Counted from the first letter of the stretch, positions 20,257 to 29,209 are shown. The stretch is 64,000 nucleotides of DNA from a virus (IMGVR_UViG_3300046543_000050); one strand, 5' to 3'. Numbers and translations: made by a program. Notes: generated from the letters alone by a model not told the origin.

Positions 20257-20264
20257 ACTAAATA
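20257..20264 (+). promoter_or_regulatory. Late promoter ACTAAATA for gp23
   Basis: Exact octamer upstream of the AGGAG RBS. Confidence 0.75.
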
Positions 20265-20299
20265 ACTAGGTAAAGCTTAAATCCATCTTAGGAGTACTA

Positions 20300-21628
20300 A
20301 TGTTTAATCTCTCAGAATCAATCAGCGCGAAGTGGGAACCGGTCCTGAACGCAGAAGGCGTGGCACCGATCAAGGACGCACACAAGCGTGCCGTGGTCAC
20401 GAAGCTGCTCGAAAACCAAGAACAAGACATGGCTAAAGAACGCCAAGCCCTGTTCGAAGATGCACCGACAAACAACATCGGCGCTGGTTCGGATTCGAAC
20501 GGTATTGCAAAGTTCGACCCGATCCTGATTTCGCTGGTCCGTCGCGCGATGCCGCAACTGATGGCGTATGACCTGTGTGGCGTGCAACCGATGTCTGGTC
20601 CTACGGGCCTGATCTTCGCGATGCGCTCGAACTACGGTACGGATCGCGCAATGGCGACCCGCACGGAAGCGTTCGTTAACGAAGCAAATTCGGCATTCTC
20701 GGGCGGCGGCGCACAAGCTGGCACGAACCCGGCAGTCCTGAATGATGGCACTCCGGGCACGTATACGCGCGGCACGGGTATTGCAACGGCAAACGCTGAA
20801 GCACTCGGTACATCGGGTGGCGGCACGTTCGGCGAAATGAACTTCACGATTGAGAAGACGACTGTGACTGCAAAGTCGCGCGCTCTCAAGGCTGAGTACA
20901 CCATCGAACTCGCACAAGACTTGAAGGCTGTCCACGGTCTTGACGCAGAAGGCGAACTGTCGAACATCCTTTCGCAAGAAATCATGTTCGAACTGAACCG
21001 CGAAGTTATCCGCACGATCTATCAAGTGGCGAAGAAGGGTTCGCTGACGACCACGACTCCGGGCGTGTTCGACCTTGACGTTGACGCGAATGGCCGTTGG
21101 TCGGTTGAGCGCTTCAAGGGCTTGCTGTTCCAAATGGAACGTGATGCGAACGTCATTGCACAAGACACCCGTCGCGGCAAGGGCAACTTCATCGTGTGTT
21201 CGGCTGACGTGGCTTCCGCTCTGGCGATGGCTGGCGTTCTCGACACTGGCCGTGCTCTGCAAGGTCAAGACGCTCTGCAAGTTGACGACACTGGCAACAC
21301 GTTTGCTGGCGTGCTCAACGGCAAGCTGAAGGTCTACATCGACCCGTACTCGGCGAACCTCGGTGCGTCGGAACAGTTCTACGTTGTTGGTTACAAGGGC
21401 GCGAATGCCTACGATGCGGGCCTCTTTTACGCTCCGTACATTCCGTTGCAGATGATGCGCGCTGTTGACCCGCAATCGTTCCAACCGAAGATCGCTTTCA
21501 AGACACGTTACGGCATGATTGCAAACCCGTTCGTGACTGGTACTGACGGTCGCACACCGGACGCTGACGCGTTCACTGCTGGACGCAATCAATATTTCCG
21601 CCGTTCGCAAGTTTTGAACCTTATGTAA
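20300..21628 (+). CDS. gp23: Major capsid protein gp23
   Basis: FDPILISLVRRAMP, GVQPMSGPTGLIFAMR, AKSRALKAEYTIELAQDLKAVHGLDAE, FQPKIAFKTRYG. Confidence 0.98.
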   Translation: MFNLSESISAKWEPVLNAEGVAPIKDAHKRAVVTKLLENQEQDMAKERQALFEDAPTNNIGAGSDSNGIAKFDPILISLVRRAMPQLMAYDLCGVQPMSGPTGLIFAMRSNYGTDRAMATRTEAFVNEANSAFSGGGAQAGTNPAVLNDGTPGTYTRGTGIATANAEALGTSGGGTFGEMNFTIEKTTVTAKSRALKAEYTIELAQDLKAVHGLDAEGELSNILSQEIMFELNREVIRTIYQVAKKGSLTTTTPGVFDLDVDANGRWSVERFKGLLFQMERDANVIAQDTRRGKGNFIVCSADVASALAMAGVLDTGRALQGQDALQVDDTGNTFAGVLNGKLKVYIDPYSANLGASEQFYVVGYKGANAYDAGLFYAPYIPLQMMRAVDPQSFQPKIAFKTRYGMIANPFVTGTDGRTPDADAFTAGRNQYFRRSQVLNLM

Positions 21629-21731
21629 TAGAAAACGACCGATTCTTAGAATTAAATTTCACAAAGAATCGGTCAGTTGGAATTACTAGGTTTGACGGAA
21701 ATACCAATAAGAACGACTCTGTAGCAAATTT

Positions 21732-21768
21732 GACCCCGCCCTGCGAATGCTCGGCGGGGTCTTTTTAT
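21732..21768 (+). terminator. Terminator after gp23
   Basis: GACCCCGCC...GGCGGGGTC-TTTTTATT; a second inverted repeat lies at 21637-21674. Confidence 0.8.
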
Positions 21769-21822
21769 TGGTGTTGACACAAACTTGGTACTCATGTACA
21801 ATAACCCCAACATCACATATTC

Positions 21823-23550
21823 GTGCATACCATGACAATCAAAGATTCCAGACTGACTGACAAGGACTGGCTTCATCAGAAGCGGGTTGTCGAACGCCTC
21901 ACCTACGATGAAATCGGGGCCATCCTCGGCGTTTCTCGTGGTCCGGTAATTCGCGTATGCAAGAAGTTTGGCCTTGGCGATGTCAATGCACAGTTTGGAT
22001 CACAAGAATCTCAGACTCGTCTTTCAGACCGTGGCTGGCTTCATCAGAAGCGGGTTGTCGAACGACTTTCATATGTTGCCATTGGTAATGAATTGGGCGT
22101 AGCGGATATTACGGTGTCCCGCGCGTGCAAGTCACTCGGTATCGAATCGGACAACTACAGCGAAGTCTCTGGGGACGCTAAGGCGTGTTTGGAAGACAAG
22201 GACTGGCTTCATCAGAAGCGCGTTGTCGAGCGTCTATCATTCGAGAAGATCGGTGAAATTATCGGCGTGTCAATCTCGACGGTTAAGAAGGCATGTGTTC
22301 GATTCGGATTTGATGATTCGAAATACAATGCCAACCTAGAACAAGTAAAGCGCCTTCTGGAAGACAAGGACTGGCTTCATCAGAAGCGGGTTGTCGAACA
22401 TATGACGTTAAAAGCCATCGCGAATGAACTTGGCGTGGACCGTGCGACCGTGAAGTCCGCGTGGGATGCTCTCGCATTACCCGACATCAACCATAAGAGA
22501 ATTTCCGCCGTCGCAAGTGATGCCTTGGGCGATTATGAATGGCTATGGCAGAAATACAAGACGGAGTGCCTTACTCACAAGGAAATTGGTTCGCATCTGG
22601 GAATATCAGAAGAACCCGTCCGGGATGCGCTGGTCAAGTTCAACATCGAAGCCAATTCACGTGGCGTATACAACACTGGTACGTCGAACGCGGAGCAAGA
22701 GATCGTTGACTTCATTCGTTCTTTCTACGATGGAGAAATCATCACTTCGGCAAGATCACTACTTGGCGATGGTCGGGAAGTAGACATTTACATCCCAGAA
22801 AAGAAGCTTGCCATTGAATACAATGGCGTGTACTTCCATCTGTTTCGGCCCGATGAAACTGCATACTCTCTCAGGAAAGATTCAACATACCACGTATCAA
22901 AGACGGACATCCTCAACGAAAAGGGGATTGAACTGATCCAGATGTGGTCCAGTGATTGGCAGAATAAGAAAGCAATTTGGAAGTCCCGAATCAAGGCCAA
23001 GTTTGGTATCGTGGAGAACAAGATTCACGCCAGAAAGTGCCAGATTCGCGATATTTCATCTGCGGATAAAAATGAATTCTTGAACGAAAACCATCTTCAA
23101 GGTCAAGATCGGGCAACTGTCAAGCTTGGTCTGTTCTTCTCGGACGAATTGGTTTCCGTCATGACATTCATACGAGCGGATTCATATAAGTCTGCTGAGT
23201 GGGAACTGAGTCGATTTGCGACGAAGTTGGATGTATTGGTTGTTGGCGGATTCTCTAAGTTGTTGAAGTACTTCCGCCAGAACAATCCCGGTTCGGTGGT
23301 TTCATATGCCGACAGGATGCACTCGATTGGCAACGTATATTCCAAGAATGGATTCATCATTCATCATGTTAATAAGCCCGCATACCATTATGTCAAGCGC
23401 GGGTCGGAAGTCCTAGAGAACCGTCAGAAGTTCATGAAGTATAAGATTCGACGGGATGAAGCTGATACCCGCACCGAATACGAGATAGCGTCGGAACTCG
23501 GGTATCACAGGATTTATGACTGCGGCACTCTGACCTACGTCCTGCACTAA
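21823..23550 (+). CDS. Hef-like free-standing homing endonuclease: five N-terminal HTH-like repeats, PD-(D/E)XK (Vsr/DUF559-like) nuclease, GNAT-like C-terminal domain
   Basis: EQEIVDFI...REVDIYIPEKKLAIEYNGVYFH...ARKC.I...NHLQG...ELSRFA...GGFSKLLKYF...SYADR. Confidence 0.75.
   Translation: MHTMTIKDSRLTDKDWLHQKRVVERLTYDEIGAILGVSRGPVIRVCKKFGLGDVNAQFGSQESQTRLSDRGWLHQKRVVERLSYVAIGNELGVADITVSRACKSLGIESDNYSEVSGDAKACLEDKDWLHQKRVVERLSFEKIGEIIGVSISTVKKACVRFGFDDSKYNANLEQVKRLLEDKDWLHQKRVVEHMTLKAIANELGVDRATVKSAWDALALPDINHKRISAVASDALGDYEWLWQKYKTECLTHKEIGSHLGISEEPVRDALVKFNIEANSRGVYNTGTSNAEQEIVDFIRSFYDGEIITSARSLLGDGREVDIYIPEKKLAIEYNGVYFHLFRPDETAYSLRKDSTYHVSKTDILNEKGIELIQMWSSDWQNKKAIWKSRIKAKFGIVENKIHARKCQIRDISSADKNEFLNENHLQGQDRATVKLGLFFSDELVSVMTFIRADSYKSAEWELSRFATKLDVLVVGGFSKLLKYFRQNNPGSVVSYADRMHSIGNVYSKNGFIIHHVNKPAYHYVKRGSEVLENRQKFMKYKIRRDEADTRTEYEIASELGYHRIYDCGTLTYVLH
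21859..22560 (+). repeat. In-frame tandem repeat with 168-nt (56-aa) period inside the endonuclease
   Basis: Core CTGGCTTCATCAGAAGCG(G/C)GTTGTCGA in units starting 21859, 22027, 22195 and 22363; degenerate fifth unit at 22531. Confidence 0.92.
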
Positions 23551-23552
23551 AG

Positions 23553-23579
23553 AAAATGCCCGCTTGCGCGGGCATTTTT
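23553..23579. terminator. Bidirectional terminator
   Basis: AAAATGCCCGC-ttgc-GCGGGCATTTT between convergent genes. Confidence 0.85.
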
Positions 23580-23797
23580 CATAGTACGTAATAGTCATCA
23601 ACTTCGGCCACGGTCAACACCTTCGTCTTAACCTCAGTGTCCCCTCCCTCTGCATCAAACACGTCCACAACATAGAACTGCTGGTAGTTGTCCACGTCGA
23701 TGATCCTGTTGCTGATCATGATCACCCGGCGCTTCCCGAACAACCTATGTTTTAATATCATGCCGCACTTGAATTTGAATCCGGGCATGGACTTCAT
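23579..23797 (-). CDS. Hypothetical protein
   Basis: Ends at the bidirectional terminator; start uncertain (23797, 23788 or 23761). Confidence 0.5.
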   Translation of the reverse strand: MKSMPGFKFKCGMILKHRLFGKRRVIMISNRIIDVDNYQQFYVVDVFDAEGGDTEVKTKVLTVAEVDDYYVL

Positions 23798-23993
23798 TGG
23801 ACCGCCTCAGTAATTCGATGGATTCCCGTACCTCGGCTTCGGTCGGATAGATCGTTCCCGCCTGTAGCAACTGTCCTCCTATGGCGATCTGTGGCACATA
23901 TTGATAACCCCCGTCCACGTTGATGATGATACCGATGGTCAGGCCATCGATTGTCACATTCGTCCAGTTTTTGGTTTGTTTATATCTGAGCAT
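23745..23993 (-). CDS. Hypothetical protein
   Basis: Fills the gap divergent from gp3. Confidence 0.55.
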   Translation of the reverse strand: MLRYKQTKNWTNVTIDGLTIGIIINVDGGYQYVPQIAIGGQLLQAGTIYPTEAEVRESIELLRRSNEVHARIQIQVRHDIKT

Positions 23994-24001
23994 GTTTGTC
24001 G

Positions 24002-24009
24002 GATAAATA
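24002..24009 (+). promoter_or_regulatory. Late promoter GATAAATA for gp3
   Basis: NNTAAATA consensus about 30 nt before the ATG. Confidence 0.6.
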
Positions 24010-24039
24010 GTTGACCCAAACTACACCCTGCGCACTGTT

Positions 24040-24588
24040 ATGGCTGACGATACGACAATTGCTTCATACAACCGACCACAGTTGGGCGTGAAGCCGCAAC
24101 ACTTCTACTTCAATGTTCCGATGTTTCCCGATGTCACGTTCTCCGTGCAGACGGCGCTGGTTCCATCGGTTACGCTCGGAGTTGCCCCGTATGATAACCC
24201 AATGCAGGACATTCAGCTACCGGGTGAAAAGCTTACGTATGAACCGCTGCGGATGACTTTGATGATGGACGAGGAATTCCGCACATACACCGAACTGTAT
24301 GGATGGTTGCGCCAGTTCGCGTTCCCGGACAATCGCCCCGATCTGGCTTCGATTGCCTACATGCAGAAGTCCCGCCCTCCCCTGAACAATGACGCACTCA
24401 TTCCGATGTGCGACTGCAACCTGATGGTCAACGATTCGGCCAACAACCCGATTGTGGTCTTCACCTTCCGGTACGCGTTCCCGATCTACATCGGTGAGTT
24501 GCAGTTCGACACGATGGATGACGGTACGAACTTCGTCAAATTCGATGTCGAGTTCGCCTACACCTACTTCACCGTGGACACGCCGTAA
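24040..24588 (+). CDS. gp3: Tail completion / tube terminator gp3-like
   Basis: F.F.VP.FP.V.F.VQ...PS.TLG...PG.KL.YE.L...MDE....Y.E.Y.W...F..AFP..G.L.FD...F.YTYF; precedes uvsY as in cyanomyoviruses. Confidence 0.8.
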   Translation: MADDTTIASYNRPQLGVKPQHFYFNVPMFPDVTFSVQTALVPSVTLGVAPYDNPMQDIQLPGEKLTYEPLRMTLMMDEEFRTYTELYGWLRQFAFPDNRPDLASIAYMQKSRPPLNNDALIPMCDCNLMVNDSANNPIVVFTFRYAFPIYIGELQFDTMDDGTNFVKFDVEFAYTYFTVDTP

Positions 24589-24648
24589 CTTGCGCAACAT
24601 TCCCAAACATGTTATAATGCGCATGTAGTCAAACTGTAATAGGTCCAA

Positions 24649-25089
24649 ATGAAGCTCAGTGAAGTTCAAGAACAGTGGGCGAAGGATGCGATTATCGACC
24701 GAACCAACCTCGGTTTCGAATCGATCCAGAACCCGATCCTGCATAGTAAGTACCTGACGAAATTGTCAAATGTCAAGCTCCTTGTTCGCAAGGCCGAATC
24801 TGACTACTTGGTGATGCGCAAGGCGAAGTACCGATACTTCAAAGGTGAGATGACCCGCGAAGAACTGGCCGAACGCAACTGGCGTCAGTATCAAGGTCGC
24901 GCGCCGTTGAAGTCCGAAATGGACGAGTATTTGACCACGGATGACGACATGATCAAGTTGACAGACAAGCATGAATACCTGAAGACTGTTCAGTTCACTC
25001 TCGAACAGATCATGAAGGCCATCGGTTCGCGTGGTTGGGAAATCAAAGCCGCAATCGAGTGGGAAAAGATGCAAGCTGGAATGATGTAA
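24649..25089 (+). CDS. uvsY: Recombination mediator UvsY
   Basis: W.KD..ID..L..ES..P.LHSKYL...K.E...YL..D.D...R.W.IK.AIEW. Confidence 0.92.
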   Translation: MKLSEVQEQWAKDAIIDRTNLGFESIQNPILHSKYLTKLSNVKLLVRKAESDYLVMRKAKYRYFKGEMTREELAERNWRQYQGRAPLKSEMDEYLTTDDDMIKLTDKHEYLKTVQFTLEQIMKAIGSRGWEIKAAIEWEKMQAGMM

Positions 25090-25280
25090 CCAAAGATGGA
25101 ACCACACAAACCCCAACAAGTCTTAGACGTAAGTCCTTGATTTAGTTGGGGTTTATCGTTTCTGACACTTGGTCCAATCATGGTTTTGTGTGAAAAGTAG
25201 TTGACAGAATATGCGTCGCATGGTTACACTTGTTTCCAAGGTAGCCCACCGGCACCTATAACTGAGGGAGATAAAGTCTC

Positions 25281-26135
25281 ATGGCAACTACACACAAGAT
25301 TGAGCCGAATTCGCAGGGCGGCAAGAACACGGTGCTCAAGCCATTGAACATCGTCGCTCGTTCGAACGGCGGGAACATGTCGCAGGGTGCGACCACTGGC
25401 GAAGTCCCGGTCCTGATCAAGCGTCGCACGCGGCGTCAAGTCAGCGATGCCGCGATCAAGAAGAACATGGAACTTGCAGAGAAGGCCCAGAAACGGGCGG
25501 ACGCTGCAAAGGCACGCGCTGAACGTCAGGCTGCACTGGCGACAGAGAAGGTGAAACAGGCCGAACAGATTCGTCTGGACGCGGAACGTCGCGAACAGGA
25601 GGAACGTGAAGCTGCACAACGAGCACAGGAGGACCGCGAGCGAATCGCGCGTGATTCCGTATCGGCTTCGAGGGGTACGACGACAGTCCCGGCTGTCGCG
25701 ATGACGCCTGAGATTGGCACGATGCTCAAGCGTGTGACGCGAGAGTTCGAGAAGCTTTTCGATGATCTGGCGGACAAGTACGGAGTGCAGTTCCAGTTCG
25801 CATCGACGGATAACGTCAGCGGTGAACCGACACTGGTCAAGCGGGGATTCATCTCTGTGCGACTGCGCGGCGATCTGCCGACCGAAAAGAAGTCGATCCC
25901 GGTCGCGGCGAATGATCTGTCGGTCGCACGAAGCGAAGCCCGGTTCATGAAGTTCTACAAGATGATCGGCCTCACCCCTGACCTATTCAACAAGGAAGTC
26001 AGGATCAAGGACGACCCGCATACGTACATCGTCTCGGGACTCCGGGGCAAGTCACATGCAGTCGTGCTGCGTCGAAAGGACAACGGGGAGATGTTCACCG
26101 TTCCGCACGGGGACTTTAAGAAATCCCTTGCTTGA
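25281..26135 (+). CDS. Hypothetical protein with central charged coiled coil and SH3-like C-terminus
   Basis: GAGGGAG RBS; TTGACA-18-TACACT promoter at 25201-25230. Confidence 0.7.
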   Translation: MATTHKIEPNSQGGKNTVLKPLNIVARSNGGNMSQGATTGEVPVLIKRRTRRQVSDAAIKKNMELAEKAQKRADAAKARAERQAALATEKVKQAEQIRLDAERREQEEREAAQRAQEDRERIARDSVSASRGTTTVPAVAMTPEIGTMLKRVTREFEKLFDDLADKYGVQFQFASTDNVSGEPTLVKRGFISVRLRGDLPTEKKSIPVAANDLSVARSEARFMKFYKMIGLTPDLFNKEVRIKDDPHTYIVSGLRGKSHAVVLRRKDNGEMFTVPHGDFKKSLA

Positions 26136-26212
26136 TGGACGGGGATCGTAATATCCTTGAAGTGTGGGTTGGGCCTGATCCCTCTCACACGTCCCAGAAG
26201 TACGTCAGTTAG

Positions 26213-26248
26213 GGCGCGATTAGTTGACCACTAATCGCGCCTCTTTTT
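26213..26248 (+). terminator. Rho-independent terminator
   Basis: GGCGCGATTAG-ttgacca-CTAATCGCGCC-TCTTTTT. Confidence 0.85.
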
Positions 26249-26253
26249 GCGTC

Positions 26254-26261
26254 CATAAATA
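26254..26261 (+). promoter_or_regulatory. Late promoter CATAAATA driving the effector cassette
   Basis: Late consensus immediately after the terminator and about 27 nt before the first gene. Confidence 0.65.
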
Positions 26262-26287
26262 TTGACAAGAACAACGAGGGGTGCTAG

Positions 26288-27088
26288 ATGCTCAACTTCA
26301 AACAATTTGTAACCGAACAGAACCAAGCCGCCGTCGAACAAGGCGTGATGGTCAATGGCGTCCCCAATGTCTTGATTCAGAAAGGCGTCAAGCAAGGCAC
26401 TCTGGACAAGAATGGTCTACCGTGCGTCCTGATCCAGAAGCCGCGCAGGAAGGCCGTAAACGAGGACGTGACGCCTTCGCCGAAGTGGACCAGTGTCAAC
26501 GACAATGCGCACCTTGGCGAACGCTCTGCGCAAGTCCATGAGGCTTTGGCGAGTGCAGACAAACACATTGCTGCCGACACACATCACATTCGCCACTATA
26601 GCGATGATTCGAATGATCTGAACACAACATTGTTCAAGGATCATCGCTATGGTCGTCAGTCAGAACGACACATCGGCGACCATGATACCAAGGGTCTTGA
26701 TGCTGCGGTGAATCGCAACAAACTCAAACATGATCTGAACGTCTATTCGGGCGTCGGGTTCCATCCGGGCCATATGGCTGCACGTCACCCGGAAGGTCAC
26801 GTCCACATGGCGGCATACACGTCAACGTCGATTGACAAACATACGGCTTTGGAGTTCGCATCAGAACACGAAGACGAGAATGATGAACATCATGTCATCC
26901 ACTTCCACTTGAAGAAAGGTCAGAAGGGAAAGTACGCTGCCCCTCATGCAATCCCAAGTGTGGAACATGAGCGCGAGTTCATCTTGCCGCGTCAGACGAC
27001 AGTCAAGCTTCATCCCGAACCCACGGTCCATCGCTCGGGCGGTTCGATTTACAACATCTGGCACGCACATGTAGTGGACAACAAATGA
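26288..27088 (+). CDS. Capsid-targeted Alt/VIP2-like ADP-ribosyltransferase
   Basis: MLNFKQFVTE|Q; IRHYSDDS.DLN..L, VYSG, YTSTS, EREFILPR. Confidence 0.78.
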   Translation: MLNFKQFVTEQNQAAVEQGVMVNGVPNVLIQKGVKQGTLDKNGLPCVLIQKPRRKAVNEDVTPSPKWTSVNDNAHLGERSAQVHEALASADKHIAADTHHIRHYSDDSNDLNTTLFKDHRYGRQSERHIGDHDTKGLDAAVNRNKLKHDLNVYSGVGFHPGHMAARHPEGHVHMAAYTSTSIDKHTALEFASEHEDENDEHHVIHFHLKKGQKGKYAAPHAIPSVEHEREFILPRQTTVKLHPEPTVHRSGGSIYNIWHAHVVDNK

Positions 27089-27747
27089 AGACATTCAACG
27101 AATTCAAGAAACATCTGATCATGGAAGCCGAAGCGTCGGAAGCCATGAAACAGATGACCTTCTATCACGGCACAACGCGTCGCGAAGCTGCGCTCGGGAT
27201 CGCGAAGGACGGCATCAAACCGGGCGCTGTTAAGCAAGCTAAGGGTCATCTCGCGCCAGTGGCCGGGAAGGTCTACGCAACCCCGCATATCGGCTATGCA
27301 CAGACGTATGCGATGGGTGGAGACATTGCCGGGTCCGATCACATGATGACGCATCACAAGACTGAACCGCATGGCTACGTGTTCGCGGTCCACGGTGATC
27401 AGTTGAAGCACGTTCAACCTGACGAAGACAGCGTTGGCGAAGCTATCTATCACAAGAAGCATGGTTGGCTGAATCACATGGCAAACCAACACCTGACGGA
27501 CGGTCAGCTACGCCGCGTCAAAGATGGTGAGTATGCTGAGTTTGCCCGATCTGGGAAGAAGCTGGTCAAGAAGATGACGGATAGTCAGAAGCTTGATGTG
27601 ATCCACGGTGGCGCGCACATCGCCCATGAAGGCGAACTCAAGCCGCACGCCGTCTATCGAATCCATCACAGCAAGATTCCCTTACTCAAGAGTGATGGTT
27701 CCAACTTCTTTGATCATGCAGAGAAGATTGACCCGAAGGACATCTGA
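27085..27747 (+). CDS. Capsid-targeted H-Y-type ADP-ribosyltransferase-fold protein
   Basis: MKTFNEFKKHLIME|A; FYHGT...A..I.KDGIKPG...VYATP...AQTYA. Confidence 0.65.
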   Translation: MKTFNEFKKHLIMEAEASEAMKQMTFYHGTTRREAALGIAKDGIKPGAVKQAKGHLAPVAGKVYATPHIGYAQTYAMGGDIAGSDHMMTHHKTEPHGYVFAVHGDQLKHVQPDEDSVGEAIYHKKHGWLNHMANQHLTDGQLRRVKDGEYAEFARSGKKLVKKMTDSQKLDVIHGGAHIAHEGELKPHAVYRIHHSKIPLLKSDGSNFFDHAEKIDPKDI

Positions 27748-28151
27748 TGAAATCGTTCAAACAATTCGTCACTGAGTCCGACTTCGATCACAGCAAGCGC
27801 TCGCTCGTTGGTGATGATGGCGACAAGATCAGCACGCATGGTGGTTACATCGACATCAAGCATTCGAACACCGACTGGTCCCCGCGCAAGCATTCAATCG
27901 TGGACTTCGTTGTCGATGAAGACAAGCGTGGTCAAGGCATCGGCCACAAGCTGGTGTCTCATGCCCTCACCAAGTACAATGATCTTGGTGGACAGGCATC
28001 ATCGGCTGCGTCAGTGAAGGTGCTGCATGATCATGGCTTCCGTCACCCGGCAATGCCGCATGGCTCCCTGAAGGAACACATCGACAAGATGAATGAAGAT
28101 TCGTCCGTGTACATGGCACACAAAGACGAGAACGGGAAGCCGTACAAATGA
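27747..28151 (+). CDS. Capsid-targeted GNAT acetyltransferase
   Basis: MKSFKQFVTE|S; IVDFVVDEDKRGQGIGHKLV acetyl-CoA motif A. Confidence 0.75.
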   Translation: MKSFKQFVTESDFDHSKRSLVGDDGDKISTHGGYIDIKHSNTDWSPRKHSIVDFVVDEDKRGQGIGHKLVSHALTKYNDLGGQASSAASVKVLHDHGFRHPAMPHGSLKEHIDKMNEDSSVYMAHKDENGKPYK

Positions 28152-28723
28152 AGTCGTTCAAGACATTCATCGCTGAAGCGAAGGTGACGGACAAGGCCCA
28201 CATCCAGAACTATACGGACCTGTCTCGTCCCCTCTCGCGCATCCTGCATCAACATCACGAAGCCGGTACACAGCCGCCGCGCCAGATCGAGCATGACGGC
28301 CAACACTTCGACCTCGACGCACTGGACAGGATCACCACGAAGTCTAAGCTGGCTTCCAAGACGACTGTCTACAGCGGCATCCGTCATGATCCGCGCAAAC
28401 ACATGGACTCAGAAGGACATCTACACCTTCCGGCCTATACATCGACATCCGAGAAGTGGGGAATCGGGCATCAGTTTGCGATGAAGCAAGCACGCCGCAA
28501 TGACGCGGACGGACGGTTGGGCGATAGTCACATGCTGCGCATCAACCTTCAGAAAGGTCAGCACGCCGTGTCTCTCGCCAACAAGTCAACGTATAAGAAC
28601 GAGGGTGAACGTCTGTTGCCACGAAACACGAAGTTGAAGGTCCATCCTGTACCTGAGACATCGACCGACTCAGAAGGACGCAATCACCACGTCTGGGATG
28701 CACATGTCGTCAGTCAGGAATAA
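28148..28723 (+). CDS. Capsid-targeted Alt/VIP2-like ADP-ribosyltransferase (paralog of 26288)
   Basis: MKSFKTFIAE|A; IQNYTD.S..L, VYSG, YTSTS, EGERLLPRNT. Confidence 0.78.
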   Translation: MKSFKTFIAEAKVTDKAHIQNYTDLSRPLSRILHQHHEAGTQPPRQIEHDGQHFDLDALDRITTKSKLASKTTVYSGIRHDPRKHMDSEGHLHLPAYTSTSEKWGIGHQFAMKQARRNDADGRLGDSHMLRINLQKGQHAVSLANKSTYKNEGERLLPRNTKLKVHPVPETSTDSEGRNHHVWDAHVVSQE

Positions 28724-28724
28724 C

Positions 28725-28749
28725 AAAAGCCCGCATTCGCGGGCTTTTT
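28725..28749. terminator. Bidirectional terminator
   Basis: AAAAGCCCGC-attc-GCGGGCTTTT between convergent operons. Confidence 0.85.
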
Positions 28750-28753
28750 CATT

Positions 28754-29209
28754 TTACGCGGACATCTTCAAGGCTTCTGGGAGACACTTGACGATTTCTC
28801 GCGCGCCGTACATCCTGATCATGGTTGACAGGATGTCGGTGATCTGAGGGTTCGGTGTGGGATCAATCTCTGACCATGCCGCTTCGCGATCCCAATTCCC
28901 ATCATTGCCATAGGCGGTATAGTGCCGGTCGCGGTCTTGGATGATGCGCGGGTCGAACAGCCGGGCGGGGTTGATGTGGTAGATACCGTTCTGCATCGGT
29001 TCAGGGAAGCTGACGTTGATCATACCGCATTTCCGCATCGCGTTGAGATATGACGAGACTGTCGTCCGCGAGTACCCATTCGCTTTGATGTACTCGTCTA
29101 CTTCTTCTCCATACCGAATGTCTTTCGCCCGAAGTCCGGGATTCTTTGCGACATATTCATAGATGATCTTATGAAGACCATACTTTCTATCAGGATTTCC
29201 ACGACGCAT
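28754..29209 (-). CDS. Hypothetical winged-HTH protein
   Basis: IYEYV..NPGLRA.DI...YSRTTVSSYL..MRK.G.I pattern; GAGG RBS. Confidence 0.55.
   Translation of the reverse strand: MRRGNPDRKYGLHKIIYEYVAKNPGLRAKDIRYGEEVDEYIKANGYSRTTVSSYLNAMRKCGMINVSFPEPMQNGIYHINPARLFDPRIIQDRDRHYTAYGNDGNWDREAAWSEIDPTPNPQITDILSTMIRMYGAREIVKCLPEALKMSA

Noticed and set aside
21859-22400. Regularly spaced ~27-nt direct repeats resembling a CRISPR array
   Set aside because: The period is 168 nt and in frame within a protein, the 'spacers' encode similar HTH sequence, and there are no cas genes
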